Shown here piece after piece: positions 1 through 11,771 of a stretch of 64,000 nucleotides of DNA (position 1 is its first letter; each line of letters begins with the position of its first letter). This DNA comes from Macrostomum lignano. Lineage: Eukaryota. Below the pieces are notes generated by a model. It was given only the letters and a program-made list of their open reading frames with translations. It searched no databases and was not told where the DNA came from. The translations under genes were made by a program, and so were the position numbers. The stretch spans positions 62,001 to 126,000 of the forward strand of contig NIVC01000750.1 of assembly GCA_002269645.1 (NCBI GenBank), in the 5' to 3' direction.

Positions 1-127
1 GCAACTGCGTGCTTTTTATTCACGCCCATCAGAAACCCGAAATATCACAAACCTGAAATATCATTACTCCGAAAGTTTTAGCTATGTCCAACACTATTTT
101 GGTTTTCGGATTTATGATGGCGACCCG

Positions 128-332
128 GTCCAAGGACTGGGGGGTCGCCACACACACCCTCAATTACCCGCAGCTAATACTGGCACCCATTTTACAGCTG
201 GGTGAACTGAAGCAATGCAGAGTTAAGTGTGTCTTGCTCACATACACAACTTGTTCCGAGTGGGTCGACCGGTCGAGAATCGAACTCCCGACCTTTCAGT
301 CGCGAGTCCAACTCTCTAACCACTAGGCTACA
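128..332 (-). mobile_element. tRNA-derived SINE with CORE-like central domain (copy 1)
   Basis: Minus strand begins TGTAGCCTAGTGGTTAG (A box), then GAGTTCGATTC (B box), then GAGCAAGACACACTTAACTCTGCATTGCTTCAGTTCACCCAGCTGTAAAATGGG, which resembles the MIR/CORE consensus. A second copy lies at 7676-7862. Confidence 0.75.
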
Positions 333-1069
333 GCCCCTCCCAAAACAGTATTATTATTATCAATGCAATTCAATGTCAACTAAGTTTAAAATCTTGATCT
401 TAAATGCGATACGTAGCGAACATTTATCTCATACAGTCGCATACTGGCGCATTCTCTCAATAGTGCCTGAGGCCTTCGTGCTCAGCTGCTGGCCGAGTGG
501 TAGATGAGGCAGGGATGATTCTGCAAAGCCAGTTGACTCCTCACAAATTAAGCACAGAAATTTCTGCAGCGAAAATGCTCAGAGAAATAGGAGAAAATTG
601 GGGAGACAGGGGCAGAGAGAGTCAGGGGACAGAGAATGTGGTTGAAGCTTCGAGCTCAGGACTGCACTGTCTTCTCTCCGTTTTATACAATCCCCAATTC
701 GTTCATTAATTCCTCTGACTCGCCCGTCGGATCGGATCGGCCCTATGAAGTGAGAAAGACTGCGAGCGAAGAAATGTTTGCCTAGCCAGGGGCTGAACGC
801 TGCTGCAGGACCGGCAGTTTGACGCGGGCAAGTGAGACGGACCCACCGCGAAGTATGATAAAGTGCAAACCGCCCCATGCATTGCTATCCCAAGTAAACT
901 TCCCCTTTCATGAGAATGGATTATTCTGTTCTGTTTGCATATGTATATCTATGTATGTGATATGTGTGCATGTATTCATTGATGAGATGGATTAATAAGC
1001 AATGCATTTAATAGACAAGTGGATAGAGAGACAGATATGCTGATCTCATCTCAGTCAGGATAGGCAACT

Positions 1070-1312
1070 AGGACAGGCACTAAGCTAAACACTGAGACAG
1101 ACACTAAGAGAGGCATCAAGACAGGCACTGAGACAGACACTAAGACAGACACTAAGACAGACACTTGGACAAACACTGAGACTGAGACAGACACTAAGAC
1201 AGACACTGAGACAGACAATAAGACAGACAATAAGACATATAATAAGACAAACACTAAGACAGATACACAGACACTTATACAGACACTGAGACAGACACTA
1301 AGACAGACACTC
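1070..1312. repeat. GACA/AGACACTAAGAC-type degenerate minisatellite in the MATH gene intron
   Basis: Tandem agacagacactaag/agacactgag units starting right after the donor at 1314. Same family as 59465-61812. Confidence 0.85.
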
Positions 1313-1314
1313 AC

Positions 1315-2975
1315 CTCTTCCACCGGAAGATCCATCTCGACGTCGAATCCCTCGTCCTGCTCCTTCTGAGAATAGTAGTTGGTGAACGGGCCATTAACCG
1401 CTTTCACAACCGGCCTGTCGGGCTCGCACGGCACCACGTAGGCGTTCCAGCTGACCAGGCGAGTGAAATGACGCGGCACATTTTTGACGTCGCTGTAGAA
1501 GAGCCTCAGTTTGAGTTGTCGGCCAAGGATATCGGTTTCTACCACCCATTGCTGCTTGTCGGTGTCGTAGCAACGAGCTGCACTTTTGTGACGCGACGTT
1601 GGTATGAGGTCGACCGTTGTCACGGGCCACATGGATAGCAGAGATATGCTCACCTGTGTGAGAGGATGGGCGATCGATTGGGGTGACAGAAATTGAAGAG
1701 TAGTCAGACAAGTTGAATGTTGAGTTAGTCAGGCGTTGAGATAGTCAGGCGCTGAGATAGTCAGGCGTCGAGATAGTCAGGCGCTGAGTTAGTCAAGCGT
1801 TAGGATACGCCGTAGTCAAGCGTTGAGATTAGTCATTGACCTTGGCTGCTGCTTGTACGGATAGTCTTGCTAAATCGAACGCGCGCTCTGACGTGACGCT
1901 CTTTCTCCAGGCTTCGTACAAAAGGCGCATTTATATGGCTGCTTCGTGTTTTTCTACTCTACCGCATTTTAACCCTTTAACCCTTTTAGCATCATTTCCG
2001 GCAGACCTCTAATGCTTTTAGCCGTCCAGTTAGCTCCAAAATCTTTAAGGGAGAGTGCATTTTCAGCTTAGTAAAAATTCGTACGCCCTCTCAACATTAA
2101 GACATGGATAAGTACATCGGAATAAAATTAGCAATTATTATTGCGCCTCGAACCTTGAGCGGATATCTTGAATTGAGGTTGGCAAACAGGCTTGTCTGCC
2201 GTATCGGGTAGCTGTCTCCGTAGCCCTTGGCGTCCAGCAACTGGTCGATTATGTCGCTCTGGTAGACAATATCGCCCAGTTGAAACTGCACCCTGTAGCG
2301 GACCCGGCACCAGTGATCGAAGCTGCTGTGCCGGTACATCTGCACACTCGGAGGCCGGCAGGGTCGCAGGGCGCCGAACTCGTCTGGCTCTCTCAGGTGC
2401 ACCGCCAGGTTCCAGTCGCAGCCGGCGAACGCGAAGTAAGACGTCTCAATTCGTTCCAGACTGTGCAGTTCGCGCGGCTCCCTTGGCAACTGCAGTTCGT
2501 CGCGAAACTCGGTGCAAGCCGAACGGAGCTCCACCTCGACCAGGGCCTTCTGGTCCGGGAACAGGAAGCCGCGCCGCTCCAGATCCGTCACGCACAGAAA
2601 GTTCGACCTGCCGAAGCGCTGCCTACCCTGGTCGAACACGATGCCGCGCTCCTGGTAGGTCTCGTTGCCGGTGAAGTGACTCCGGTTCAGAATAGTGAAG
2701 CTGAAGTCCAGCGTCACCTCGGTGAGCTCGGCCGGACTGCGCAGAGCCAGGTAGCAGCCCAGGTGCGTCTCGTCGCGTGTAAATGCGACGCGCCATTTCT
2801 GATAGCCGTAGGTGAAATCCTTTGACGAGCACTCGTTTAGGTAGCCCTTGACGAGGTGCGGCGGTAGAATGAAGGTCAACACCTGAGTTGAGTGACGGTC
2901 GTTTAGCGACACGCAGCGATGTAGGAAGGCTGCCTGTGACGGCTTCTGCTGAGCTGAAGAGCTGCCGGATGCCAT
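1315..2975 (-). CDS. Tandem MATH/TRAF-domain protein, 3' end unresolved. Exons 2975-2154 and 1653-1315.
   Basis: MATH-like motifs FTYGYQKWRV..HLGCYLAL..LDFSFTILN, ETSYFAFAGCDWNL..FDHWCRVRY and CYDTDKQQW..NVPRHFTRLVSW..PFTNYYSQ. Phase-0 splices AAG|gttcga ... cag|GTG and GAG|gtgagt. ATG at 2975. Confidence 0.8.
1725..1830. repeat. Short ~18-bp tandem repeat (gatagtcaggcgctga), about 5 copies
   Basis: Visible tandem units in MATH intron 1. Confidence 0.7.
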
Positions 2976-5302
2976 TGACGATGCCGAGTTAGTGATGCTG
3001 CAGCCTCAGCTTAATTAACAGAACTGGGGCATTTACCTCGGGTCAGGTGAGTGCAGATTCAGTTGGTTTGGGAACGCAGAACCTTAGGGGAATCTGCGAG
3101 GCTTCAGCTGCTGCTCAGCCGTCCTCGCAGCATTTTATTGCTTCATACTTCAGTGGGCGCCTCGCCCGATTGAGCCGCTGATGAAGAGAGTTGATTGGCC
3201 GGCCCCGGAGAGTCCGTACCAATTTGGGCTGGGGGGAGGGGAATTGATATAGGCTTCAGCTGTAACATTCCTTGCCTAATTCATGGACTTCTAGAGACAT
3301 GAAATCTGGATTGAAAAAGTTTATTAATAGGCATGCTGTTGGCTTCTAGCACAATTGAAATATTTTTTAAATCGAAATTTAATTATAATAAAACAGTTGA
3401 CTCATAAAACTATGAAACGAGACGAAACTAAAAATCGAAATTTCATGTGTACAAGTTTTCAATCCAGCTTCTACGTGTACACGGAGCTCCATGGCTCACT
3501 GCTCTCTGACGTTAGATGCATTGGGGAAGGGGGGAGTATAGCAGTGCCGGCCTCTCCCATCGGTCCTACTCTATACACAGAGAAATAATGCAATGGGAAC
3601 AATGCAAACTATATAAGTACCGGAGTGAGAGAAGGGTTGAAGAGACAGAGAGGATGTGTGCGTGAGTGTGCGTGTGCGGTGGACCTCCTGTCCATGGATT
3701 TTTGGTGGAGACTCTGCTTACGAAGGGAAATTAGGCTTGGAATCTTGGATGCTAGTCGTCGGCGGTGGGCGGTACAGGATGAGAGAGGGATTACAAGATG
3801 CAGAGAGGAAGCTGGACTTCCATGGTCCATGGGGCGCTAGCTCTGGGCCTTTCTCCTGCCTATGTTCCGTAGCTTTGGTGCTACACTGCTTCCAGCTGTC
3901 CAGCTGTCGGTAGAGTGATTAGCCTAACGCAGAGCCATGAGCCGCTGAATTAAAAGGATGCTTGTACACTCGATTATTTTATTAAAAACATAAATATTCT
4001 TGAACGCAAACGCAATTAAAAGTGATTTTTCGTCAATCTTATTTGAGGCTATATGAACCACAGACCATGAAGTTCAACCATAGACAATAGCAAGCCGGCA
4101 CGCTGGAGAAGGTGTGACAAAAGGTTTTTTATCAGTTTCTAAAAATAAATTTCTCCTTTAGACTTAACTTAAAGGAGGTTTTGCCATAGACAAAATTCAA
4201 AATTTGGAAATTCTGCACGCGCACTCGTGTTTGGCCATTATTTCAGCCCCTTACCTACATGTACTACGCAATCTACTATTGTAATAATTGTTTTGTAAAA
4301 AAGAACATTTTTACCCAGCTAACATAAAACTTGTTCATAAAACATAAAACACACACTTGTTCAGTTATCAAATTTTTGGGAGCCCAGAAGGTGAAATATC
4401 GTGAGAATTTAGCGTTAAAAACAAACTAACAAAAACAAACTAACGAAATTTGCACGACTTGCGAATGTGGCATCTTTCTGCTCGAGCGATCTATACTCGG
4501 GATGCAAATTTATATTTTTTGAGAACGAAACCTCTTTGAGAGCTTCTCAATAACGTGTCACTCTAGCTGTTTTTGCTATTTTAAAACGAGTTTCACGCCG
4601 AGAGAGAGGCGAATCGAAACGGAGAGACTTGATACTGCCGGTCGATACTCTCGAAGCGAGACACCATTGCAAATCTCAGGCCTCGGGAGAGGAGGGGTTT
4701 ATTTGGCTCATGTTTCCCTATCAATCCTGCTGATTAGGTCGCACTCGAGCAGGTAAAAGGATAGCTCGTATAATTATTAATGCCTTCCCATAATACCGGA
4801 GCAGCTTTTGCTAACTCTGATGATGATCATCGAACTGCTATAGTAAATCCTAGATGAAAGGAGGAAGAATGAGGATTAAATGAGTACGATTTTAGGTAAG
4901 ACTTAAGACCCCAAATCCTCAAATCCTTGTAGATCAGATCGATTTAACAACTGATATCAATTTGATAGATGATGAGTAGGCACCATTTAAAGCAGCGTAT
5001 TATCATAAGTGCAATTTCGACAAAATAAACATACACTCGGAAAAATGAGTGAAAATTTTTAGCATCAATCTCCGACTTTTGGAGCAACAGCAAACAGCTG
5101 ATAGTAACGAGCTTAAAAACGACTTTAATTTTTATACGACCTGTCAACTACAGAGTGAAAAGGATGCTGCGAGTTACATTGTAGGTTTACAATGCTTTAA
5201 CCTACATCCCACACTTTTGAGCGCATCTTCAGTCAACCATTGAAACCATCAACAGCTACCTGGTTAACTAGACATATCTCAAAGCTTTAAGTTGAATCAG
5301 CT

Positions 5303-8300
5303 TCAATCAGTAGACGGCAGTTCCATGGTTGGTGGCGGGTTAATCCGCATCTGCCATCGCTCGAAGGCGATACGGAGCAGCTTGCCAAGACTGACCTCCA
5401 ACAGCTTGGCCCCAACCAAGCCAGCAGACACCCAGATTGTTATTCCAATTATTAACGGCTGGAAAGTCTCGGTACACCAGGTGCGCAGGTGACGCAGAGC
5501 GTCCGCTTCCGGCGGCAGCGGATCCAAGCACTTCTCGGCGTCGTGACAAACTTCAAACTCGGCCTCCGGACCGAAACAGTCGACGCTGGGGCCGAGGCAG
5601 ACTCGACGACGTTTCTTAGTGACGTCACCGAATCGGTGGCTGCAGTGCGGACTGCAGGGCGTCCAGGGAGTCCACTGCGACCAGAGACCTTTCAGGTGTT
5701 CGCAGCTCTTGCCATGGAAGCCGTGCTCGCACTGGCAGGACGTGTTGCTGCCGTCCTGGCTCTCAATGCAGCTGCCATAGAGGCAAACTCGCTTTGTGCA
5801 CAGTGTCTCAGTCTTGTAGCAGTTGCTATAGGGATGATCTCTGCTAGGCAGGTAGCCGGGGCTGCATTTGCATCTGTACAGGCTGGTGCCAATCTCTGGC
5901 ACGCATTCGTTGCCAGTGAAACCAGTGACGCGACATGCTTCATTGCCAGTCACAAGTTCCGGATGGTGCGATCTGAGAGTGTGGTTGTTGAATTCGGTTG
6001 ATACTAGTTTTTATGAATCTTGCAGTAAGATATTTAGCGAGTATAATGAACTCTGCAAATCTTAAATCTGGTTTGCAAGCCACTAGACAAACAGACACAA
6101 GTGCCTCATTGAAACACTCCCATGTTTGTCAAAGTTTTTATTTATATTTTATTGATACACTTTGGAGTGTCTGTAAAAGTACCTCACTGACACACACCCC
6201 TCGAGTGTTTGTAGTTGTTAAACTGTTTCATTGATACACTTCAGAGTGTCTGTCAAAGTACCTCACTGACACACACCCCCTCGAGTGTTTGTAGTTGTTT
6301 TTAAGTGTTTCATTGATACATTTCAGAGTGTTGGTAAAAGTACCTCAAAGTACAATTAAAATTGTACTTGTATATTAAAGTGCAGCTGCAAAAGTTAGGG
6401 GTAAGTGTAAAGAGTCTCTGCTATGAGTCGAAATACGTTTAATAGATTTCGTCATAGCTTGACTCGCCTGTTAATGCACGCATTGTTTCTCGCCCGGCAT
6501 CTTCGGCCCATAAAACTGCTGTGACAGACGCACGTGACCTGTCCTGAGGTGACATTAAACTTGCAGGCCGAAGTGCCCATCTTGCTGCAGAACATGTCGC
6601 CCCTGCACAGGTCCATCGGTTTGCACTGGCCGATGTTGCGATCGAACTGGAAATTATGCCGGCACTTGCACTCGTAGTCGGTCTGCAGGAAGCCGAGAAC
6701 AACGCAACTACCTGTGGCAAAGTTTTTTCTGGCGCACGGATTTCCGAGACACGGATTGGGACAGATGTAGCGCTGCTGTCGAAATGCTTCAGTCGATGCG
6801 TTGAGCAGCAACTCTGAGCAATTGGCCAATGAATTTCTAAACTCAGCATATGATTAGCACTGAACCCGACTTGGGTAGTATAATTCGTTCAATTGAGACT
6901 ATGAACAAGCCTACAGACGTCAATAATGTCAAGAGGAAATACATTCTGCGACAGCTGAAAATATCCTGCCTATTTTCAAGGGCTACAGCTCCTGTACATG
7001 TACCACATCCCGTCTGTACAATAGACACGGTAGCTTCAATGGCTTTAGTTATTCAACGGCCGAATTTGTCTACATTGGTAAAACATCGGACCAAACACAC
7101 GCATTAGTTGTCAATGCAATCCCCTTTGGCCCCCTTGAACTCACTTTTGTAGCGCATACAAAAGTTGTAAATGTATAAAGCCGACAGTGTGTCGATGTCC
7201 CGAATTGGATAGCAGCTTTTCTCCTTATAGGGCAGGTAGAATATTGGCCCGAATGTGTGCGGATTCTCGTATCGTCTGCTGAACCCATCGAACCGGGTGA
7301 CCATGCCGAGATCCAGCTGAGAATAATAGTCGATGGCGAACGGGTCAAGCAGGCCCAGGAATCTGTGCCAGGAGCAGCGGGGCTGCTTGATTTCGTTGCA
7401 GTTATCCATCAGTTTTTGCCAGTCCATTTGATGCAGCATTGTGTTAAAAGTGTGAATCTGTGTTGGAGTCAAGACAGGAATTTGACCTTACAATTCTGAT
7501 TTTCAAAACCCTTTGTTTCTTTTTAATGCAATGTTAATCGACTAGAAGTTTAAGAAATTTAAAGTTTAAGCAATACGGAATCCGAGAAACGATCTGAAGT
7601 TCAACCCACCTGAAATTCTAATTACCTGAGGTTCATTGGGTCAACCAAGTTCGTTCAGTTCACCCGAAATTTCAGGTGGTTAGAGTGTCGGACTCGTGAC
7701 TAAAAGGTCGGTGGTTCGATTCTCAAACCACTCGGAAAAATTTGTGGTCCTTGAGCAAAGACACTTAACTTTGCATTGCTTCAGTTCACCCAGCTGTAAA
7801 AAGAATGCCAGCATTAGCTGCTGTAATTGAGGGTGTGTGTGTTGACCCCCAGTCCTTGGACTGAACAGCCGTACGCAGCCTTCAAATAGCTGCGGCAGTG
7901 CATTCTTTACGTTTGTCAAAGGCATCACTCAATACAGACTTTACCTGAAACAACTCGTTGCAATTGTTGGCATCGCGAAGCACCCTACAGGCTTTTTGCT
8001 GCCTAGGATTTTTCGTACGGTCCTCAACGCAGAAAGTGCCTTGAAGTCGAACCCACCAGAACAAAACTGGCAGGGCTCCGCTGGCGTAGGCATTTCCAGG
8101 AAACCCGGACTCCATTGATTTCACAATTGGATTAGTCATCAGGTTGAAAGTTCTCAAACCGAGCATCCGATAAGAATTGGTGCCTCTGGGCCGGATTAGG
8201 CCAGCGTTCCGGTCGCGTATTCGCATCAGTTCCAACTCGCCAATCAGATCAGCCTTCCAGTGCTGCAATCTGTTGTTTTCGGCGGCGCTCTTTGTTTGTA

Positions 8301-8382
8301 TCATGTCATTAGATGAAGAATTGATTAGATTCGGCAAGGTGCTCAAAACTATCAATATAATAACTAACTTTTTTGGGATCAT
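5303..8382 (-). CDS. Single-pass membrane protein: signal peptide, ~250-aa unrecognised N-terminal region, ~4-5 EGF-like repeats, TSP1, TM, short tail. Exons 8382-7945, 7457-~7145, ~6830-6468, 5972-5303.
   Basis: SP MIPKKLVIILIVLSTLP; EGF Cys patterns CPNPCLGNPC..YECKC, CVCHSSFMGRRC, CQCEHGFHGKSC; TSP1 WSQWTPWTPCSPHC..RRRVC; TM LIIGITIWVSAGLVGA. Introns 1 and 3 are phase-consistent. The exon 2/3 junction is not resolved. Confidence 0.8.
6150..6350. repeat. ~80-bp tandem repeat, about 2.5 copies, in the last intron of the EGF gene
   Basis: attgatacact..gagtgtctgt.aaagtacctcactgacacacac..tcgagtgtttgtagttgtt recurs at ~6151, ~6230 and ~6312. Confidence 0.7.
7676..7862 (+). mobile_element. CORE-like tRNA SINE (copy 2), in EGF gene intron 1
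   Basis: GTGGTTAGAGTGTCGGACTCGTGACTAAAAGGTCGGTGGTTCGATTC ... CACTTAACTTTGCATTGCTTCAGTTCACCCAGCTGTAAAA ... CCCCCAGTCCTTGGA; matches copy 1 along its length. Confidence 0.75.
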
Positions 8383-9275
8383 ACTTGTCGCTTTATCGAA
8401 TATTTAAAATCACCCAGCGAATACACTAATGATTCGAAGATTGCTGATGACTCTGTTTTTACCAAAATCATGATTCTTTACTGCTTTGAAAAGAGACCCA
8501 GAGCGACCATAGACAATAAAGAATTAGAGCTGCACCGATCGGCTGCATGGCTGGGCTGGGAGTGCAGCGAAGCTACTCCTAATATAGCCCAAGTGTCTAT
8601 GGGCGTGCCTGCACGAGCAACAATGATGCACGGACCATGGAAGGCTCAATGTGTATAGAAATCCATTGTTTAGCAATTTGACGATCATTATTCGCATTTT
8701 TTATGCAGAACAATACATTACTACAAACAATGCATTGTTTTTAGGATCCTCAAACAGAAGAACAATGCAAAGAATCAGCGGTCGTAGCACGTGACAACGA
8801 TTGTCTGGCGAGCGCCGGTATTTATCCATTCTTGCCTATTAAGCTACACTTTCAGAGTGAAGCAGTGAGTGAGTCTTCACCCACTACCGCAAACTATTTG
8901 TGGTTTTCTACTTGTAAAAATAAACTCTGGTAAAGTCTAAATCAGAGCAATTGCATTCGCTACTTTTCCAACTTTTCCTACTCAATTCATCGTGCCGTTT
9001 AGTTCGCAAAATCATTGGACAATATGGATTGGACAAAACCAATTTGTTTCTTACAAATCTTTCTATTACTCAAAAGAAAAGATACTATAAAAGATAATAT
9101 TTATTGATAAATTGGTCTTGAAACACTCTGAACTCAATTCTTTAAAGATTCGTTTGCAATATTAAATTTAACAGTTCACCAGACAGACAGACAGACAGAC
9201 ATCAACTGGAACAAGAGCTCCTTGCTCATATTAAATGAATTAACAGCAGTGCTAGTAATTCAAGTTCTGTTCAAA

Positions 9276-11716
9276 TCAAACCGAGCTCATATTGGACTTC
9301 AGGCGATCCGAGCCAGTTATCCGTCTCTTTAATCGACGAATATTCCGCCTAAAAAGGATGAGATCCCGGGATAGGGTGGACAGATCCAGGATGACAATGA
9401 ACACGCCGAATATGACGCAGACAATGATAGCGATGGCGCCCACGGATTCTGCGCCTTTGGCTTCAACACTTGGCGGAACATAGTGCTTGCCCTTGGCCAC
9501 CACTGTCTCGGATGTTTCTGCAAGTGTTTTTAAATGATGTTGCATAATTAGTTGCAGGAGTGCTGCGGGCACCTTGGTGCAACGCCTTAGGCGATGTGGC
9601 TCAACATCAAGAGCTGATGCTGAGCACATACGAGCGTACAGGTGCGCCAATACTGTACAGTACGCAGACACGCACTCAAACACATGCTCACACAGGGGTT
9701 GTAGCCTACTCGCGACTCACGACTGAAAGGTCTGGGGTTCGATTCCCGATTCCGAGGGAACAATTTGTGTCCTTATTGATCAAGATAAGGTTTATGACTC
9801 GCACGATAAATGAGCCTTAATTTTCGTACACCAGCTCCTTATTGATATGAAAATCGAAAATGTAAAATTGAAATTTCAGATTTCGCAAAGACTTCATTTG
9901 CAATTCTATAAAGTCCAGAGGTGTGATTTTGTTAATTCTAGTCTAAAACTGAAAACTTTCCGTCTCGAAAAAGCTTCTCATACCTACACGCAGGTACCAC
10001 AAGGGTTTGTTGGTAAAACTTGGAACTAGAAAAACTTACTAGTGCAAGTAGGCAGTCGCGTTACATTCCAGCTTCCTGTGTCCGAACAGAACGCGATGGG
10101 CTGGCCAATCCCAGTGCTGGATCCCGGCTGGCAACTAAATTTAATCACCGTTCCGTAGCTGTACAACTCTATCGAGTTAAACGCATCGGTAGTCACTATG
10201 CTGGTGCTGCCGTTTGCAAACTCAACGGTTGTGGAGTTGGTGTAGCCCAGGGTCGCCAGGAACAGATCTCCCGCTGTGCTCTTCTCGATCAGCTGATCGG
10301 AGAGGCAGCTGACGGCTTCATGGTGTGTGTTGAGAACAGAATGATCCAATATGGTTTTTGCTTTACAAGAGTCAGAGGGCTGTGTGCAATCTGACTTACT
10401 TCAAGCGACATTGTCGAGAGTCATACGCACAGGCACACACTGACACAGGAGTTTATCGTTAGGCATGTACACTTTACTGTGCCTTGGGGATTACGTCAGG
10501 TAAAGTCAGGCAGAATCAAAGTCAGGCAGTATCAGCACTTGTCCAAAAGCTCCGGAACAACAAATTTATCATCGTATCAAAAACTTCAGGAAGTTCACTT
10601 CTTCCTAAAGTTCAAGAAGTCCGCTTTCAACTTCTCTGTCAAGGTTCCGGTATGTTTTTTTCCTCAGCTATGCCCTGTCTCTGAGCTATGCCCTGTCTCT
10701 GAGCTATGCCCTGTCTCTGAGCTATGCCCTGTCTCTGAGCTATGCCCTGTCTCTGAGCTATGCCCTGTCTCTGAGCTATGCCCTGTCTCTGAGCTATGCC
10801 CTGTCTCTGAGCTATGCCCTGTCTCTGAGCTATGCCCTGTCTCTGAGCTATGCCCTGTCTCTGAGCTATGCCCTGTCTCTGAGCTATGCCCTGTCTCTGA
10901 GCTATGCCCTGTCTCTGAGCTATGCCCTGTCTCTGAGCTATGCCCTGTCTCTGAGCTATGCCGGCCTGTCTCTGAGCTATGTCCTGTCTCTGAGCTATGC
11001 CCTGTCTCTGAGCTATGCCCTGTCTCTAAGCTATGCCCTGTCTCTGAGCTATGCCCTGTCTCTGAGAGCTGGCATACAAAACAGACAGTGAGACACTCAC
11101 GAACACAGGTGGTGGTCTGCAGGCGACTCAGCGAAGTGCCCAGCGCTCCGGTCCAAGCGCCCTCAGTCAAAGAGGCATTGCTGAGCTCGCACGAGACCAC
11201 CTTAGTGAAGGTGCGGTCCTGGAAAAAGTCTCCTGTTTTAGCGCACTTGATATAAACCCGGTTGGGAAAGAACGGATAGCTGGACTTTTGGAACTCGTTA
11301 AATTCTTTTTCTTGAATCCGATCGATTGCTTTGTAAGCGGTGGTGTAGCTCGGTATGATGCTCTGTATTGGTGGGCAGGCCACGGCTGAAAGTGTATCGA
11401 ATTCCATTTTTTTAGTGCATTGTTTTCAAGCAAATAAAAGCTCTCGCTCGGGAAACTCACGCAGGCATGCGTTCAGGTCTGGCGGGTGCCACTCGTATCT
11501 GGTCTGATCGATGCTGTTGAATCTGCAAACTAGCTGACTCGTCACTGACAGCTTGTTGCTGTAGCTCACGTAGCCTGGGGTACAGTTGACTGGGAATGAA
11601 TCGTCATATAAGTAATAGTCCTTTGTCAGCGTGTGCAGGTAAGGCTCGACGTTCGGTATGATGACCGTAGACTTTAAGTAGGCAGTTGGACAAGCAGTGA
11701 CTGGAAAATAATAATT

Positions 11717-11771
<55 letters not shown>

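Noticed and set aside
280-332. tRNA gene
   Set aside because: A/B boxes are present but there is no complete cloverleaf, and the sequence continues into a SINE body found in several copies.
480-900. Terminal exon of the MATH gene
   Set aside because: Several AG acceptors were tried; none gave a recognisable continuation, so it was left unassigned.
10479-11255. Long Cys-rich (CPVSEL)n ORF
   Set aside because: Translation of the 18-bp minisatellite, antisense to a well-supported intron.
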